From contig OZ024743.1 of the NCBI GenBank assembly GCA_964016885.1, forward strand, positions 25,110,001 to 25,174,000: 64,000 bases of DNA. Reading direction: 5' to 3'. Source of the DNA: Eledone cirrhosa. Taxonomy: Eukaryota. Each line of letters begins with the position of its first letter. The first letter of the stretch is position 1. The notes beneath the pieces were generated by a model. That model was not told where the DNA came from, ran no database searches, and saw nothing but the letters and a program-made list of their open reading frames with translations. Shown here one piece after another: positions 42,289-57,281 of this stretch. The translations under genes were made by a program, and so were the position numbers.

Positions 42289-42301
42289 TATGCATATATA
42301 T

Positions 42302-42366
<65 letters not shown>

Positions 42367-42388
42367 TATACATATATATATATGTGTA

Positions 42389-42421
<33 letters not shown>

Positions 42422-42445
42422 GTATATGTACATATATATATATGT

Positions 42446-42477
<32 letters not shown>

Positions 42478-42952
42478 GTAGATAAATCTACCAAGAGTTT
42501 ACGGTAGTGTCCAATCCGTATGAAGAACTCAATGTAATCCGGATATCATGGAAAGAAGAGATGCATTCAAAAATCACTTTCGGTGAAAGATAAACGGAAT
42601 ACAGAGTCAAGATAAAACATTAAAAAAATAATGAATAAAACAATGAAACAGTTCCTTATATTAAACAAAAAAAGTTCATTATTTAACGATCGTTTCTAGG
42701 ACATATATGTGTTAGAATTGGCATGCATATTCAAAAGATCTATGTACATGATCTAAATAATTATTTCTGAAGACAGCATATATATGTGTTGGTATGTATA
42801 TTCTCTTTGATAGTTTGTATAATTTTGTACATAGATCTTTTGAATATGCATGCCAATTCTAACACATATATGTCCTAGAAACGATCGTTAAATAATGAAC
42901 TTTTTTTGTTTAATATAAGGAACTGTTTCATTGTTTTATTCATTATTTTTTT

Positions 42953-42962
<10 letters not shown>
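42478..42962. mobile_element. Fold-back element (inverted repeat 42612-42962) between (TA)n tracts
   Basis: Perfect arms of about 136 bp around a spacer of about 80 bp. Confidence 0.9.
42760..42896 (+). ncRNA. Hammerhead ribozyme with a 104-nt extended helix II
   Basis: attattt-CTGAAGA-[long hairpin with G-U pairs]-GAAA-CGATCG-TT-aaataat. Confidence 0.75.
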
Positions 42963-43017
<55 letters not shown>

Positions 43018-43025
43018 TATATATG

Positions 43026-43060
<35 letters not shown>

Positions 43061-43187
43061 AATATATATAAATATATATATATATAGATATATATATATA
43101 GATATATATGTGTGTGTGTGTGTGTGTGTATCAGTATGTGGTTGACGGCTGAGAGATAAGAGTACTCGATACCTAAGTAGAGTTTTG

Positions 43188-43275
43188 ATATTCATTTTAT
43201 TAAGGCTTAATAGTGAGTCTTGTTACTCTGCAGTGTCGCCTGTTTATCACTATTTAACCTTAATAAAATGAATAT
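43188..43275. repeat. Short inverted repeat
   Basis: atattcattttattaaggcttaatagtga and tcactatttaaccttaataaaatgaatat. Confidence 0.8.
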
Positions 43276-43309
43276 TATATATTTGCAACAGCACAGCTCG
43301 CCATTTTTC

Positions 43310-43343
<34 letters not shown>

Positions 43344-43465
43344 ATAATAATGGTATTGTTATCATTAGGAAGCAATGGGGTTCACACAGAGCTGATATAT
43401 AATATTTATAAAAAACACCAAATAATCAATGAGTTTTCAAACTAATTGATTCTTCGGTGTTTTAT

Positions 43466-43617
<152 letters not shown>

Positions 43618-43927
43618 TTAATCTAAAATATTTTAACCAGCTCTGACTTATAGATGTTCTCTGCTTGCTTCATTCTCATTACTTGATAACTCTAAAGATG
43701 ATTTCGGTCTTGAAATTGCGAGGATAGTTTCAGTTGACTGATGTATGTCCCACTCAACATATACAGTTTGCCAGAACTTATTAACACAAAAAATACCTAT
43801 AGAGTGATAAATTATTAGATATATGCATCAAGTTCGTGTTTACATGTGTATGTCTATATAAGAGTGAGTTTTTAACCGACATCTATGAACACGCCAATAT
43901 TTGTAAAAGGAATGTAAATCAAGAATT

Positions 43928-43968
<41 letters not shown>

Positions 43969-43971
<3 letters not shown>

Positions 43972-44114
43972 TAGTTACACAACAGTTAGTTCACCATACC
44001 GAGAACAATTCTCGGTATGGTGAACTAACTGTTGTGTAACCACTTCTACCTAACTCGTTCCTTGGATTGAGTGCTCTACCACTACGGATATTACCTTCCA
44101 GTGTTCTACCACTA
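43969..44114. mobile_element. Fold-back element (inverted repeat 43969-44046) between (TA)n tracts
   Basis: 37-bp arms with a 3-nt loop. The long arm runs on to (TA)n. Confidence 0.8.
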
Positions 44115-44654
44115 TATATATAAATATTATATCTACAAATGTGGGGGAGGGGTCGCTGAAAATATGTATGAATATATATAATAATATATATTTATATATA
44201 CACATATACATACATTCACACATACACGCACGCGCGTGCGCACACACACACACATATATATATATATATACATATTAAAATTTACATTCATTATATATAT
44301 TCACACACACACACATATATATACATATATATATATATTTGAAAGTTGCAAAGGTTTTGTGCATGCAATTCGGGCAGTGTTCAGAGACTTTGTTCAGTAT
44401 CGGGCCCTTGGCAAATAGTATTTCGTAGCTCTCTGAAATATATATATAAATATATGTTAAACTTTGGTGGTTTACCGCTGGGTAGAATTAGTGATTCTGC
44501 ACATTATGCAATGTTAATCATGACGTAATATGAAAAAGTACTCGACGTTATGCAACTCATCCCTCTTTGATGTTGAATCATGTTGGTGGTGCGAGAACGG
44601 AGTAAATTACAGGAGGCCAAATATGTTGAATTCCCTTAATTATTTATTTCTGCA

Positions 44655-44714
44655 AACACTATGCACATTTCAGTGGCCAGGCTGCGTTAGAACTCGGTGA
44701 CATCTTCAGGTGTT
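44655..44714 (-). ncRNA. Type-I hammerhead ribozyme
   Basis: Minus strand reads aacac-CTGAAGA-TGT...CACT-GAAA-TGTGCA-TA-gtgtt. Helix I is 5 bp; helix II is imperfect. Confidence 0.7.
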
Positions 44715-44765
44715 AATTGCGTAATAGATGTATACCAACGGATTGATTGTAAAATAAGGAAACAA

Positions 44766-44825
<60 letters not shown>

Positions 44826-44904
44826 AAGTATTGAAGTTTCCGTTGAAAATTGAAAAAGTCATAGGAGTGAAGAGTGCTCTATATAAGTACCAGAGCAAAA
44901 TTTT

Positions 44905-45097
44905 ATGTATAATAAACAATACAATATAATTACCTCATTACCAGAGGTTTCCCGAATAAGACGAATACGAAAAACGTCCTCATTCGTTCGTCGGACAAGT
45001 ATTGCCTTGTCCGACGAACGAATAAGACGTTTTTCGTATTCGTCTTATTCGGGAAACCTCTGGTAATGAGGTAATTATATTGTATTGTTTATTATAC

Positions 45098-45099
<2 letters not shown>
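44905..45099. mobile_element. Fold-back element with two divergent hammerheads (44933-44999 on -, 45005-45071 on +)
   Basis: ccttgt-CCGACGA-A-CGAATAAGACG..CGTCTTATTCG-G-GAAA-CCTCTGG-TA-atgagg. Confidence 0.85.
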
Positions 45100-45145
<46 letters not shown>

Positions 45146-45727
45146 TCTGTGTGTATGTGTGTGTTAATCTCCACTTGTCTGTTGTCAGCTCAGTCTCACC
45201 GCTTCCATCATTCGAGTGCACCACAGCCTTTCAACGCCATTGCTTTTCCAGCATTGCTCATTTGTCCAAGCACCACCACTATCTTTTTTCACCCCCCCAT
45301 CCCCCCAAAAAACCAACCGAAAAATACAAGACAATCTCCATTACACACATTTTCTCTATTGTTTCCTATTTTTTGTTCAAATCAAATGATAGATAATTCA
45401 TCCATTACCACCACCACCACCACCATCATCACCATCACCATCAATGATCACCAATAAAAGTCACCTATGCTCTAACTAACCACAACAATACTCTTCTCCA
45501 AATTTCCTACACCACTTTATCGTTCTATCAACCGATACCACGTCACCTGCGCTCCCTCTTATCTGTTCCCTGTTATATGTTACCACTGCCGCCACAAATA
45601 ACCTGTCAACACAGCTCATGATTTCAGCGTCAAACATTTTACTTAATTAATTTTCTTTTCTATTACCTCCCATTGTTTTATACTACTCCACATACGCCTT
45701 CCATTCTTTCATCGCTTAATTTAGAAT

Positions 45728-45743
45728 GCTGCTGCTGCTGCTG

Positions 45744-45838
<95 letters not shown>

Positions 45839-45847
45839 GCCGCTGCT
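45728..45847. repeat. (GCT)n(ACT)n microsatellite
   Basis: Direct reading. Confidence 0.95.
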
Positions 45848-46014
45848 TCTACTGGTGTCGAGTGAATATCAATGAAAAGCAAAATTCGGGAGCCTCTGTT
45901 GAACCGAGATCTTGAACAGTTCTCCATATTTACTTGAGGATCAAGATCAATTCACTTTCCGTTCGTCAGTAAGGTGCTCACGAAATGCTATATACACATC
46001 TCCACCCCTCGCTT

Positions 46015-46076
<62 letters not shown>

Positions 46077-46081
<5 letters not shown>

Positions 46082-46338
46082 AAAGAATAGAGGTGTAACA
46101 CACAAGTTATTATATATTGGTAAACGGAATAGAAAATGCTGACAAATAGTTCACAGTTGAAAAATGGTTTAATTAGGAATAAAAGAGTATTAGTGATTGT
46201 ATGGGTTAGTATTCAGTTGTGGTTAAGCCACAACTGAATACTAACCCATACAATCACTAATACTCTTTTATTCCTAATTAAACCATTTTTCAACTGTGAA
46301 CAATTTGTCAGCATTTTCTATTCCGTTTACCAATATAT
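46077..46338. mobile_element. Fold-back element (inverted repeat 46111-46338) between (TA)n tracts
   Basis: Arms of about 112 bp with a short loop. No HHR recognised. Confidence 0.85.
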
Positions 46339-46352
46339 ATATATATATATAT

Positions 46353-46555
46353 ATGAAAAAGTATGACCCCGACGGCAGAACTCATGCCATTTCGACGGCT
46401 ATTTCGACGGCTATTTCAGTCCACAAACAGCCGTCGAAACGGTTTGTCTCTGCCGTCGGGGTCATACTTTTTCCTATTACCCACTCTACTATCCTAAGTA
46501 ATGAATACTCTGGTGCGTTATGGTCCATCTGGTTCCTTACCACAATTCCTTCGTT
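46353..46555 (+). mobile_element. Diverged copy of the 35433 fold-back family
   Basis: Shared tail cctattacccactctact..ggttccttaccaca.ttcct.cgtta. Confidence 0.85.
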
Positions 46556-46584
46556 ATATATATAGATATATATATGTGTGCATG

Positions 46585-46684
<100 letters not shown>

Positions 46685-48400
46685 GTATGTATATATATAT
46701 ATATAATGTTTTTCATTTTCGGAACTGGGTAACTTGGACTACATTATCAAATGTGTTCTCCCATTTTTATAACCATAGTTGGATGAGATTGGAGACTGGA
46801 TCTGGCTGTTAAAGATAGCATGTCGAGCGACAATGTAAGGGAAGTGCTCCTCGGCGGCTCGCATGTATGTTTATTTTCTTGTGTTATATATCTGACTAAA
46901 TATATTTAATTTATTATATAGTCAGTTCAGGAATGGCAGAGCCCTTGACCCTTTGCAGGTTCTGCGAGACTGGTGAGGGAATGAAAAAAGATATCATCAA
47001 ACTCACGATCTAGTTTAGTTGCTTCAATTCAGTAGATTCTGCTAAAAGCATCAAAGAGTTAGGTAACTGTTTTAACCTATACGAACGATTAGGTTTATCA
47101 CGCATAGAGGGATTTAAACAGAAAATGTAAAGAGCTGGAACAAATAACAAATGATCAGATAATCTAACAATTCCGCCTTGGACTCATACTAAATTGTATG
47201 GAATCCAAAAGGACGGAAGGTGGTGCCCACCGGAGGATATGAACTCAGAGAACCAGAACGAATACTACAATGCATTTTCTCATACAATCTATAGACTGCC
47301 AATGCATTGATCATTACAATTTTCTAACTTTCTAAGGTGTTTGTCATGTTAGGGTAGGAGAAAGGTAACGACAAAAATATTATAGCTAGCGAATTATTGA
47401 AGTCGCAAGATTAGGAGAGAAGTTTACGAATGGATAAATAGATGAATAGATAATAAAAATGACCCAGAGAAAAGTTATAAACACGCAAAACATCAAGTGA
47501 AAGAACAACATAAAATTAAAATATATTATAGAAACAGTGAGCCGTAAATGAACTGGTGTCTTTTGAAGAGGAAAATAACGAATGACACACACACAAACAT
47601 GCACACACACACATAGAGACACTATCACACACACATAGAGACACTATCACACAGACAGAGACAATCACACACACACACTCACACACACTCAAACACACAC
47701 ACACACACGCACACACGCACACACGCACACAATCACAGACTCACTGATTAATGTATGTATATGTGTATGTTTCTATATATATGTGTGTGATTGTATGTAT
47801 TTGCATGTATTTAAGATTATACATACATAAATATATATATATATATATATATACACGCAATCTTAAATACATGCAAATACATGTGTGTGTGTACGTTTTC
47901 TTGACTGGGAAAAGAGTTTGTTTAACTTTCCTACACAATTCCACGTAATGATGTAAAATTTCAATATTTAAACTGGATTTCACCAATGCTCTGCTACCTA
48001 GATGGTTTATCTCTGGTAAGCAGAGATTAACTGCTGAGCGTAGTTCTGGAATTAAGGAAAGTTTGTTGTGTGCTCTTGTTACACAAATGACACTGATGAT
48101 AATATTACTGATGATGATGATGATAATATTACTGATGATGATGATGATAATGATGATGATGATAATGATGATGATGATGATAAAAATAATTATGGTTAAA
48201 ATAATAATAATAATAACACCAACTATACAAATAATAAAATAAATAACCAGACATGTTTGTTCGTTTTAATCTTGTTGTGTTGTATAAGACGTCAACGAAA
48301 CGGACATTGAAGAGGGTTAGGTTTGTTGTAAATTGAACAGTAGGGAACTCGGGGTTGGTGATGATTGTGGTGGTGGTTATATTGATTATGAATTCAGTGT

Positions 48401-48575
<175 letters not shown>

Positions 48576-48694
48576 TACACACACGGAGAGGCATATATAT
48601 ATATATACCTACTCCCTGTCTAATATAATTCTAATAATACACTGAATTGTGCTTTTGCCAATCTTCGAACATTGAACGTTTCATATATATAAAT

Positions 48695-48724
<30 letters not shown>

Positions 48725-48725
<1 letters not shown>

Positions 48726-48915
48726 ACGAAGGAAATGTGGTAAGGAACCAGGTGGACCATAACGCACTAAAGTACTCAATACTTAGGGTAGTAGAGTGGG
48801 TAATAGGAACAAGTAAGACCCCGACGGCTGAGCTCAAGCCGTTACGACGGCTAATTCTGGACCCAGAATTAGCCGTCGAAACGGCTTGAGCTCAGCTGTC
48901 GGGGTCTTACTTGTT

Positions 48916-48918
<3 letters not shown>
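48725..48918 (-). mobile_element. Copy of the 35433 fold-back family
   Basis: Reverse complement of 35433-35645 with its own inversion centre. Confidence 0.9.
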
Positions 48919-48975
<57 letters not shown>

Positions 48976-49008
48976 ATAATATAATATAATATGATATAAT
49001 ATAATATA

Positions 49009-49054
<46 letters not shown>

Positions 49055-49057
<3 letters not shown>

Positions 49058-49308
49058 TTTCTGAATTTGTTTAACAAGATTCTTTATCTGAAAACGTGTG
49101 TTGAAACCGATATTGTTATACTTTGAGAGAGTCATGTTGTCACAGAATGTGTGACGAAAGAACTTTGACAATATATGAACAACCGTCCGGTTGTGGAACC
49201 AACCAACCAACCGGAAATTTCTAAATTTCTAATTTAATTAATAATAAATTGGAGTGAAAGCAACTGGTGCTTGTGTTTCTTATTGGCAACACGACCCTCC
49301 CAAAGTAT

Positions 49309-49314
<6 letters not shown>
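49055..49314. mobile_element. Copy of the 17446 family, inversion junction inside the HHR
   Basis: gagagtcatgtt|gtcacagaatgtgtgacgaaagaactttgac; the CTGAAGA half is lost. Confidence 0.85.
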
Positions 49315-49391
<77 letters not shown>

Positions 49392-49439
49392 TATATTATA
49401 TTATATTATATCATATTATATTATACTATATCATATATG

Positions 49440-49472
<33 letters not shown>

Positions 49473-49483
49473 GTGTGTATATA

Positions 49484-49539
<56 letters not shown>

Positions 49540-49576
49540 TATATTATATTATATTATATCATATTATATTATATTA

Positions 49577-49673
<97 letters not shown>

Positions 49674-49966
49674 ATATACACATATACATATATCAACATA
49701 CACCTATTAAAACTATTTGCTTTTGTTTCTCGGTATTTGTCATTTTGTACATATATATAAATGTAAGTATGTATGTATACGTACATACATATAAGTATAC
49801 AGACGTACAGTAGTATGTATATATATACACACATGCACGTATCGGTTTACCGAACATTTCTTATAATGCTCGGTTTGTTTGTTTGTAAACAAACAAACAG
49901 CCCGAATTAGGCCGTACAGTGTTTAGGCAACCACGTCACCTTTTTGTTCAACACTGACACAGGAAC

Positions 49967-50005
49967 GATGTACTAGTTTCAAGGTTATTAGCTATCGTCA
50001 GCATC
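49967..50005 (-). ncRNA. Type-I hammerhead ribozyme (helix II decayed)
   Basis: Minus strand reads gatg-CTGACGA-TAGCTAATAACCTT-GAAA-CTAG-TA-catc. Confidence 0.65.
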
Positions 50006-50315
50006 GTATACCTTCCTGCCAGATGGTTGAACGTCTGAAAGTATATACTACCTTATGCATATTAACGGTTGAGCAGCCTAATTTGTATATCGAGTGAGTT
50101 CAGTCGGTCGGGCACACCGAAAACGATAAATCGAATAGAATGAAACGTTTCATTCTATTCCATACATACATACATATATTAATATATAACTTGTATTTTA
50201 CTGCTCAGAAATGCCTCTTTCTTTGAGCTGATTAATTGTAAACGACTAAGAGTTTTATCTCTAAATATAATATAATATAATATATATATATATATATATA
50301 TACATACATACATAT

Positions 50316-50378
<63 letters not shown>

Positions 50379-50619
50379 TATGTGTGTGTGTGTGCACGCG
50401 CGTGCGCGTGTGTATGTGTGTCTGTCTGTGTGTGTGTGTGTGTGTGTGTGCGTGTGTGTGCGTTCGTCTGTGTGTGAGTGTATGTTTGTGTGTTTTTGTG
50501 TCTGTGAAAAAACGCGTGGCTTGGTTAGTTCTATAGTTAAACCGGGCAATACACTTTATTTGTTAATCCAGTTGACCTTGCGACGTCATTGGTAGCAACC
50601 TTTACCGATATTTGCCTTT

Positions 50620-50658
<39 letters not shown>

Positions 50659-50731
50659 TACTGTTATACTTGGGGGGGGGGGGGGGGGATCATGTTGCCA
50701 AGAAATCTTGCAAAACAAATACAAAAACGAA

Positions 50732-50768
<37 letters not shown>

Positions 50769-50934
50769 CTATTAATTTAACAATGAAATTAATAACAAAA
50801 AGTCGAGTTATTTTACCTATTCATATTGTTTTACGATCGCTTCGAAGGGTTGATCATATTGACATATTGACTGATCTATAGCTGTTATATAACTGTATAC
50901 TATCAGAATTCATATATCGGTTCGAGCAGACCGT

Positions 50935-50971
<37 letters not shown>

Positions 50972-51493
50972 CGGAGGAAATGTGGTAAGGAACCAAAGTA
51001 CTCAATACTTAGGGTAGTAGAGTGGGTAATATTCCTTGGTCTGATTCCACGCTCCACATATGACTTATCATCTTCGTTTTTTCGTTCATTGCCAGAGAAC
51101 GTCTCTATGCACCACCTAAGAGAACATTAGTCTACGACCTCTTTTATACCATAAACGTGGTTCTGTCTTTGCGCGTAATTGTTTTTCACCGCTCCTATTA
51201 ATTACGTATTATTCGTTTTTTCCCGTTCTTTGCCAGCGAACGTTTCCACGAACCAAAGTATCGGCTTCCTGTCTTCCTTCGGTTGCAAGGTTTTTTGAAA
51301 TATCCAGTTCTGCGTTTACAGATTGACTTTGTTAGTTTCAGAAGATCCCGTTAAGGGTGAAAGCAGCGATTCTTTGCTTAAACTTTAATCTGTTATTTTA
51401 ATAAATATATATATATATATATATATATAGGAACGAGTAGGACCCCGACGGCTGAGCTCAAGCCGTTTCGACGGCTAATTCTGGACTAAAGAA

Positions 51494-51536
<43 letters not shown>

Positions 51537-52317
51537 ATATATCGATCGACTTTCGTCAAATCAGACCAAGGAAACAATGTTTCCGTTGGTCTTTCCAGTT
51601 GCTAGTAATATATATATATATGTATGTTTGATTTTATAGCTACCGTAAGAACATGTGTCAATTGTGATACATATAATCGTCTGTACGAATGCATGAAATC
51701 TTGACCTACTCGAAGTAGGCGTATAATGGTGTCTTAGTTTTGAACAAATAAATTAACCTCACTATATGTAGTGAGTCTTTATTTTCTAATATAAAATTCA
51801 TCACCAACATTGTCAGTAGCAACAGTTATGACACCAGCAATTTTCCAATTTTTTTTTCCGGAACTTTGTTAGCAAGTTTATGCCTTTCATCCTTTTTTCG
51901 ATATATAGGTAGCAATGAAGTACTGGGTTTAATTTAATAGCATACACCAGTATTTCACAACCGTTTCACAACCGTTTCGCTCCAATGCTACTGCCCTCCA
52001 CCATCACTTACAATATACGATATATGTGGTGTAATATTTTTGGTATAGTGTATATGCTTTATTTCCCCTACCCTTTGCCACTCATGAACATGCTTTTAGG
52101 ACGGAAGAGGCATCCTTGTGGTAAATAAAAGAAATCCTCCTCTATCTCCTCCTTCCCTCCTCCTCCTCCTTCTTCTTCTTCTTCTTCTTCTTCTTCTTCT
52201 TCTTCTTCTTCTTCTTCTTCTTCTTCTTCTCTCCCATCTCTCCATCGCTACCTCCCCGCCTTCTCCTCTTCCTGCTCATTGAGCAAAAAGCAAATTGAGA
52301 TTCAAATGGCAAGTAGA

Positions 52318-52650
52318 CCACCACCACCACCACCACCGACACCATCACCACCAATAATGGTGGTGGTGTCGGTGGTGGTGTTGGTTGTGGTGGTGGTTGT
52401 TGTTGTCGTGGTGGTGGTGGTGGATGGGGTTAGCGGCGTTGTTTAGTAGTGGTGGTGGTGGTGGTGGTGTTGGTTGTGGTGGTGGTGTTGGTTGTGGTGG
52501 TGGTTGTTGTTGTCGTGGTGGTGGTGGTGGTGGTGGTGGTGGTGGTGTTGGTTGTGGTGGTGGTTGTTGTTGTGGTGGTGGCGGTGGTGGATGGGGTTAG
52601 CGGCGTTGTTTAGAAGTGGTGGTGGTGATGGTGGTGGTGGTGTTGGCTGT
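52318..52650. repeat. (ACC)n/(GGT)n region with a fold-back and a 168-bp internal duplication
   Basis: caccaccgacaccatcacca pairs with tggtggtggtgtcggtggtg. ggatggggttagcggcgttgtttag occurs at 52421 and 52589. Confidence 0.8.
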
Positions 52651-53007
52651 CGTCATTGTCGTCATCGTTGTCATCATATTGGTGAAGCTGTGCACAGAAT
52701 ATAAAAACACTCCCACTTCCCCCCCCCCCCTGACCCCCCCCCCAAAAAAAAAAACGAATTTTAAATAAATAAGATAAAACGTGCATCCTTTGATTCATCA
52801 TTTATTAATTTAGTTTTCATTCGTTTATTCGATCATTCGTTCAGTTATTCTTCCAATCGTTCATTTGATCGTTCTTTCATTCTTTTCATTCTTTTATTCT
52901 TATTATTGCGTTTATTGATTTATTTATTATTCAATTATGTTCGGAGGTTTTTACTTGATACGATTTATTTTTGTTCATATTGTTGTTGTTGTTGCTGCTG
53001 CTGCTGC

Positions 53008-53038
<31 letters not shown>

Positions 53039-53235
53039 GATGTTGTCGTTCTTGTTGATGTTATCTGTTGTTTGTTATTTGTTTTTGTTTTGTTTGTTTT
53101 CTGCTAACTTATTGGCTTGAAGATGTTTTTAATTGAGTAATTGTTGAAGGTTTCATGAAATTATTGATTTAGGCGTTTACTGCAGCTTGTAATTCATAGG
53201 AAAACACAGAGGCGCGCAGACACACGCACACACGC

Positions 53236-53384
<149 letters not shown>

Positions 53385-53399
53385 TATACGTGAATACAT

Positions 53400-53700
53400 A
53401 TATTCATACGAACAAACACACACACATGTACATATACATGTACACATATATACACATATATACACATATGTATATACTTATTCACGCATTTATCATAACA
53501 CACACAAACACACACACATATATACACATACATGTATGTACACATACTTGTACACATATATATATACACATATATACACATACGCATTAATCATAACACA
53601 CACATATATACACATACATGTACACATACATGTACACATATATACACATATACACGTATGCATATACTTATACCCGCATTTACCATAACACACACACACA
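53400..53700. repeat. CA/TA-rich tandem repeat of about 90-105 bp, three copies
   Basis: cgcatt(t/a)a(t/c)cataacacacac recurs at about 53485, 53583 and 53675. Confidence 0.75.
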
Positions 53701-53949
53701 CGTCCGTTAGCACAACCATACATACACACATACATCACTACAAACACACACACTCATATAAATACATCGGCGAGCAAACAGTAAAGTAAATAAATAAATG
53801 ATAATAAACATGGTTTTCGAGGAAGATCCTTGTGTTATTTCTGCTCTGGGTTACTTAGGCAATCTATTATCATTCTTGTGGAACTGCACTGTACCAATGT
53901 TATTGACTTATTGTGTACCTGTAACAAACGAAGCTATTATTTCTCAATT

Positions 53950-54210
53950 CCGCGATACCATACAATATAGTCAGATAACGAATGGGTGAGCTCTGGTAGA
54001 TTTGGTCTGTTGTGAGGAGAATGGAAAAAAACCGCAATATATTGGCGCCTTCAGTAGAAAGCAAAGCACCAAGAAATTGTGTTATTTGTCCTTAAAAGAA
54101 GACCCAATCCAAATGCTTGGAAAATGTTAAACTAAAGAGCCAATCAAATGTGGTGTGAAACAGGGCGACAAATTATGTCTAACACCCAACGTATTTGGAG
54201 ACAGCCCATG
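53950..54210 (+). pseudogene. Decayed non-LTR reverse transcriptase remnant (RTE-like)
   Basis: aaagagccaatcaaatgtggtgtgaaacagggcgacaaatta translates to KEPIKCGVKQGDKL (GVKQG motif). Boundaries are uncertain. Confidence 0.45.
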
Positions 54211-54884
54211 GGTCATTAACTCCTGATAAAGTTGTAGGCGCGCTGTACTATTCAAAGGTAGCGGAGTCCACCCTTCTCCAGTACTGAACACAGAAAATTT
54301 CTTTGAACGAGAGTGAGAGTGAAAGAGAAAGAGAGAACGGGGATAATAAATAGAAGCAAAATCGACACCAGCACTAAATTTATACAACTTAATTGGGTGA
54401 AAAGTAAAGTTGAGCTAGGTTTGATTAACGCTCAGATCACGAATAGCCGGTTAATAACGCAAATCATTCTATCCAACATTCTTGTGACTCTGTCAAGTAG
54501 CCACCCTCTGGAGACAGTCAATTCGTTTGAACCTCTTTCCAGTGTTTCAGGCCAAAACATCTCGTGCTCCAAAAGACTACTTTGTTCTATATTAAATCAG
54601 CTACAGGTTATTTCTCTTGCACCGTTAATGTTTCTGATAAAGGCATCTACATCATGGCGTCGATTTGGTTTTTGGTTTTTTCTTCAGATATGGACTGGGG
54701 TAGAGCAGAGTAGGAATATAATACATTATGACGAGCATTATTCGATTTCCCAACATCACAGTACTCAATAAGGATATCAGTGCATACGTACATATTCAAT
54801 TGCACACATATGTACATTTGAGTGAGTCTGTGCTCCGTGTGTGTATATGTGTGCGTGTGTTTAAACACATATGAGTGAGCATGT

Positions 54885-54946
<62 letters not shown>

Positions 54947-54973
54947 CTATCTCTCTCTCTCTCTCTCTCTATT

Positions 54974-55011
<38 letters not shown>

Positions 55012-55039
55012 CAAATAGAGAAAGTAATATATATATATG

Positions 55040-55093
<54 letters not shown>

Positions 55094-55204
55094 TATAGGA
55101 ATATATATTCGATAGACATATATGAACAGAGGCAATATATTTGTTCAACAAAGCGAGGTATTTAATCATTGAAAGTGCACAACTATTCAACACACACACG
55201 CACA

Positions 55205-55305
<101 letters not shown>

Positions 55306-55705
55306 GTGTGTGTTTGACTGTCACTCAAACTTTTTTTTATTCATTTATTCAGGCAAAACTTTCTAATGCTGTGTGACAGTACATTTGTGTGTGTGTGTGT
55401 GTGCATATATGTATATGTGTGTATATTTCTGTGTGTATGAATGTGTGTGGGTGCGTGTCTACGTGTCTGCTTGTGTTTATGTGTGATAGGGTGATAGAGT
55501 GCACGCGTGTATTTGCATTGGTGAAATATTGTGTTTACAAATAGAAAACTTACTCAGTACTTAATATAGAGTTTGTACATATTATCAGAATCTTTAATCT
55601 CTAATATAGATTCATTCTCTCGCACACACACAAACACGCATGCCTTCACACAAACACACACATATTCGCACGCACACACACACACATATATGTATATATA
55701 CACAC

Positions 55706-55762
<57 letters not shown>

Positions 55763-57209
55763 TGTGTGTGCAGGTCAGTGTAGTGATTGGTGAATAATTG
55801 TGCTTACAAACTAAAATAAAATGATTTAGCGAACAGAATGTATATATTTTATTGAAAGCTAAAGCTTCTAATATGTATTAGCTTACGTCTACAAACGGGA
55901 GAAAGGAGTATTCAATACATGCAGCAGAGTTTACATTTTTTTTTTTGATGCAGTGAATACAGAGATAATTTTCCAATATATATATATATATATACAGACT
56001 AAAATCCGAAGAGGGCTCGATAAGGATAATATATATATATATCAAAATATATAAAACCATAGAACAAATATTTATTAAAATAACAGATTAAAGTTTAAGC
56101 AAAGAATCGTTGCTTTCACCCATAACAGGATCTTCTGAAACACACACACACATATATATATATAACAGCATAATCCAAGATTAAAAGGAGAGGGAACCGG
56201 TCTTGGTGCAAGTTTGATACTTTATTGAAAGCATGTAATCAAAATTGACTTCAACGGGATTCGAATTTAGAGCTCAGTAGGTCGGAAAAAATAAAGGAAG
56301 GCATTATATCCTAGGGACTAATAATTCTGCAAATTATTGACCTATTGCAATGACATCGTTAACAAAAAACATCAACAAGGATTGCTTTGCAGTTCAAGCA
56401 AATCACATCGTCTTAAAATAAGACAGCCATAGATAAGGAAGTTTAGAGTACACTTTGAGTTCATAGAAAGGATGGAACTGTTATAGTTGGAATTATTGTT
56501 TGTAGGTTTAACCTTATATCGCAGTCACCTGGGTTTAAACAACACTACTAAAGCCACGATGTCTCAAGCGCTACCGCTTAAAACTACCACCCAACCCTCA
56601 ACTATATTGTAGACAGCAACAAAATAACAACGGCAACAATAACACCAGCAGATGGTGAGAGAGCAACGACCATCTTTTGGCCGTCATTGACATATAGCTA
56701 CAACAAGCGCTAACAAAGCCCCAAATATCTCCACTCCATCAACAGCACAGCCACCGACTCAACAACCGCCGCCGCCGCCACCACCACCACCACCACCACC
56801 AAACACAACCATCAGTATTGCTACTAGCATGTATGTTAACGATCCGGAAAGATTAGAAGTAAAGATCGACCCAATAGCAATTATTCATCTTGTCCGGTAG
56901 TTGTCCTTTAATTATGTTAAATAGCAGATAAACGTCCGGCGGTCAGTGAAATATTTAAATAAATTTTCATGCACGATCTTTTCACATTCAGGTACCAATA
57001 CAACACGTATCGGCTCATCTCATGAGATAAGCACAGAGTTATATTTGACAAACTCACAGAAGCTCAGAAGTCTAAGAATAAAATGCTATCCCCCTCTCTC
57101 TCTCATTCTCTGTCTCTTTTTCTCTCCGTCTTCTCTGTCTATCTATCTCTATATATCACTCTATATATATCAGTCTCTCTGTCTATCTATCTCTCGATGT
57201 TTCTACTTG

Positions 57210-57280
<71 letters not shown>

Positions 57281-57281
<1 letters not shown>

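Noticed and set aside
52385-52704. Gly/Cys-rich or Trp-rich ORFs
   Set aside because: They derive from (GGT)n low-complexity sequence, with no splice or homology support.
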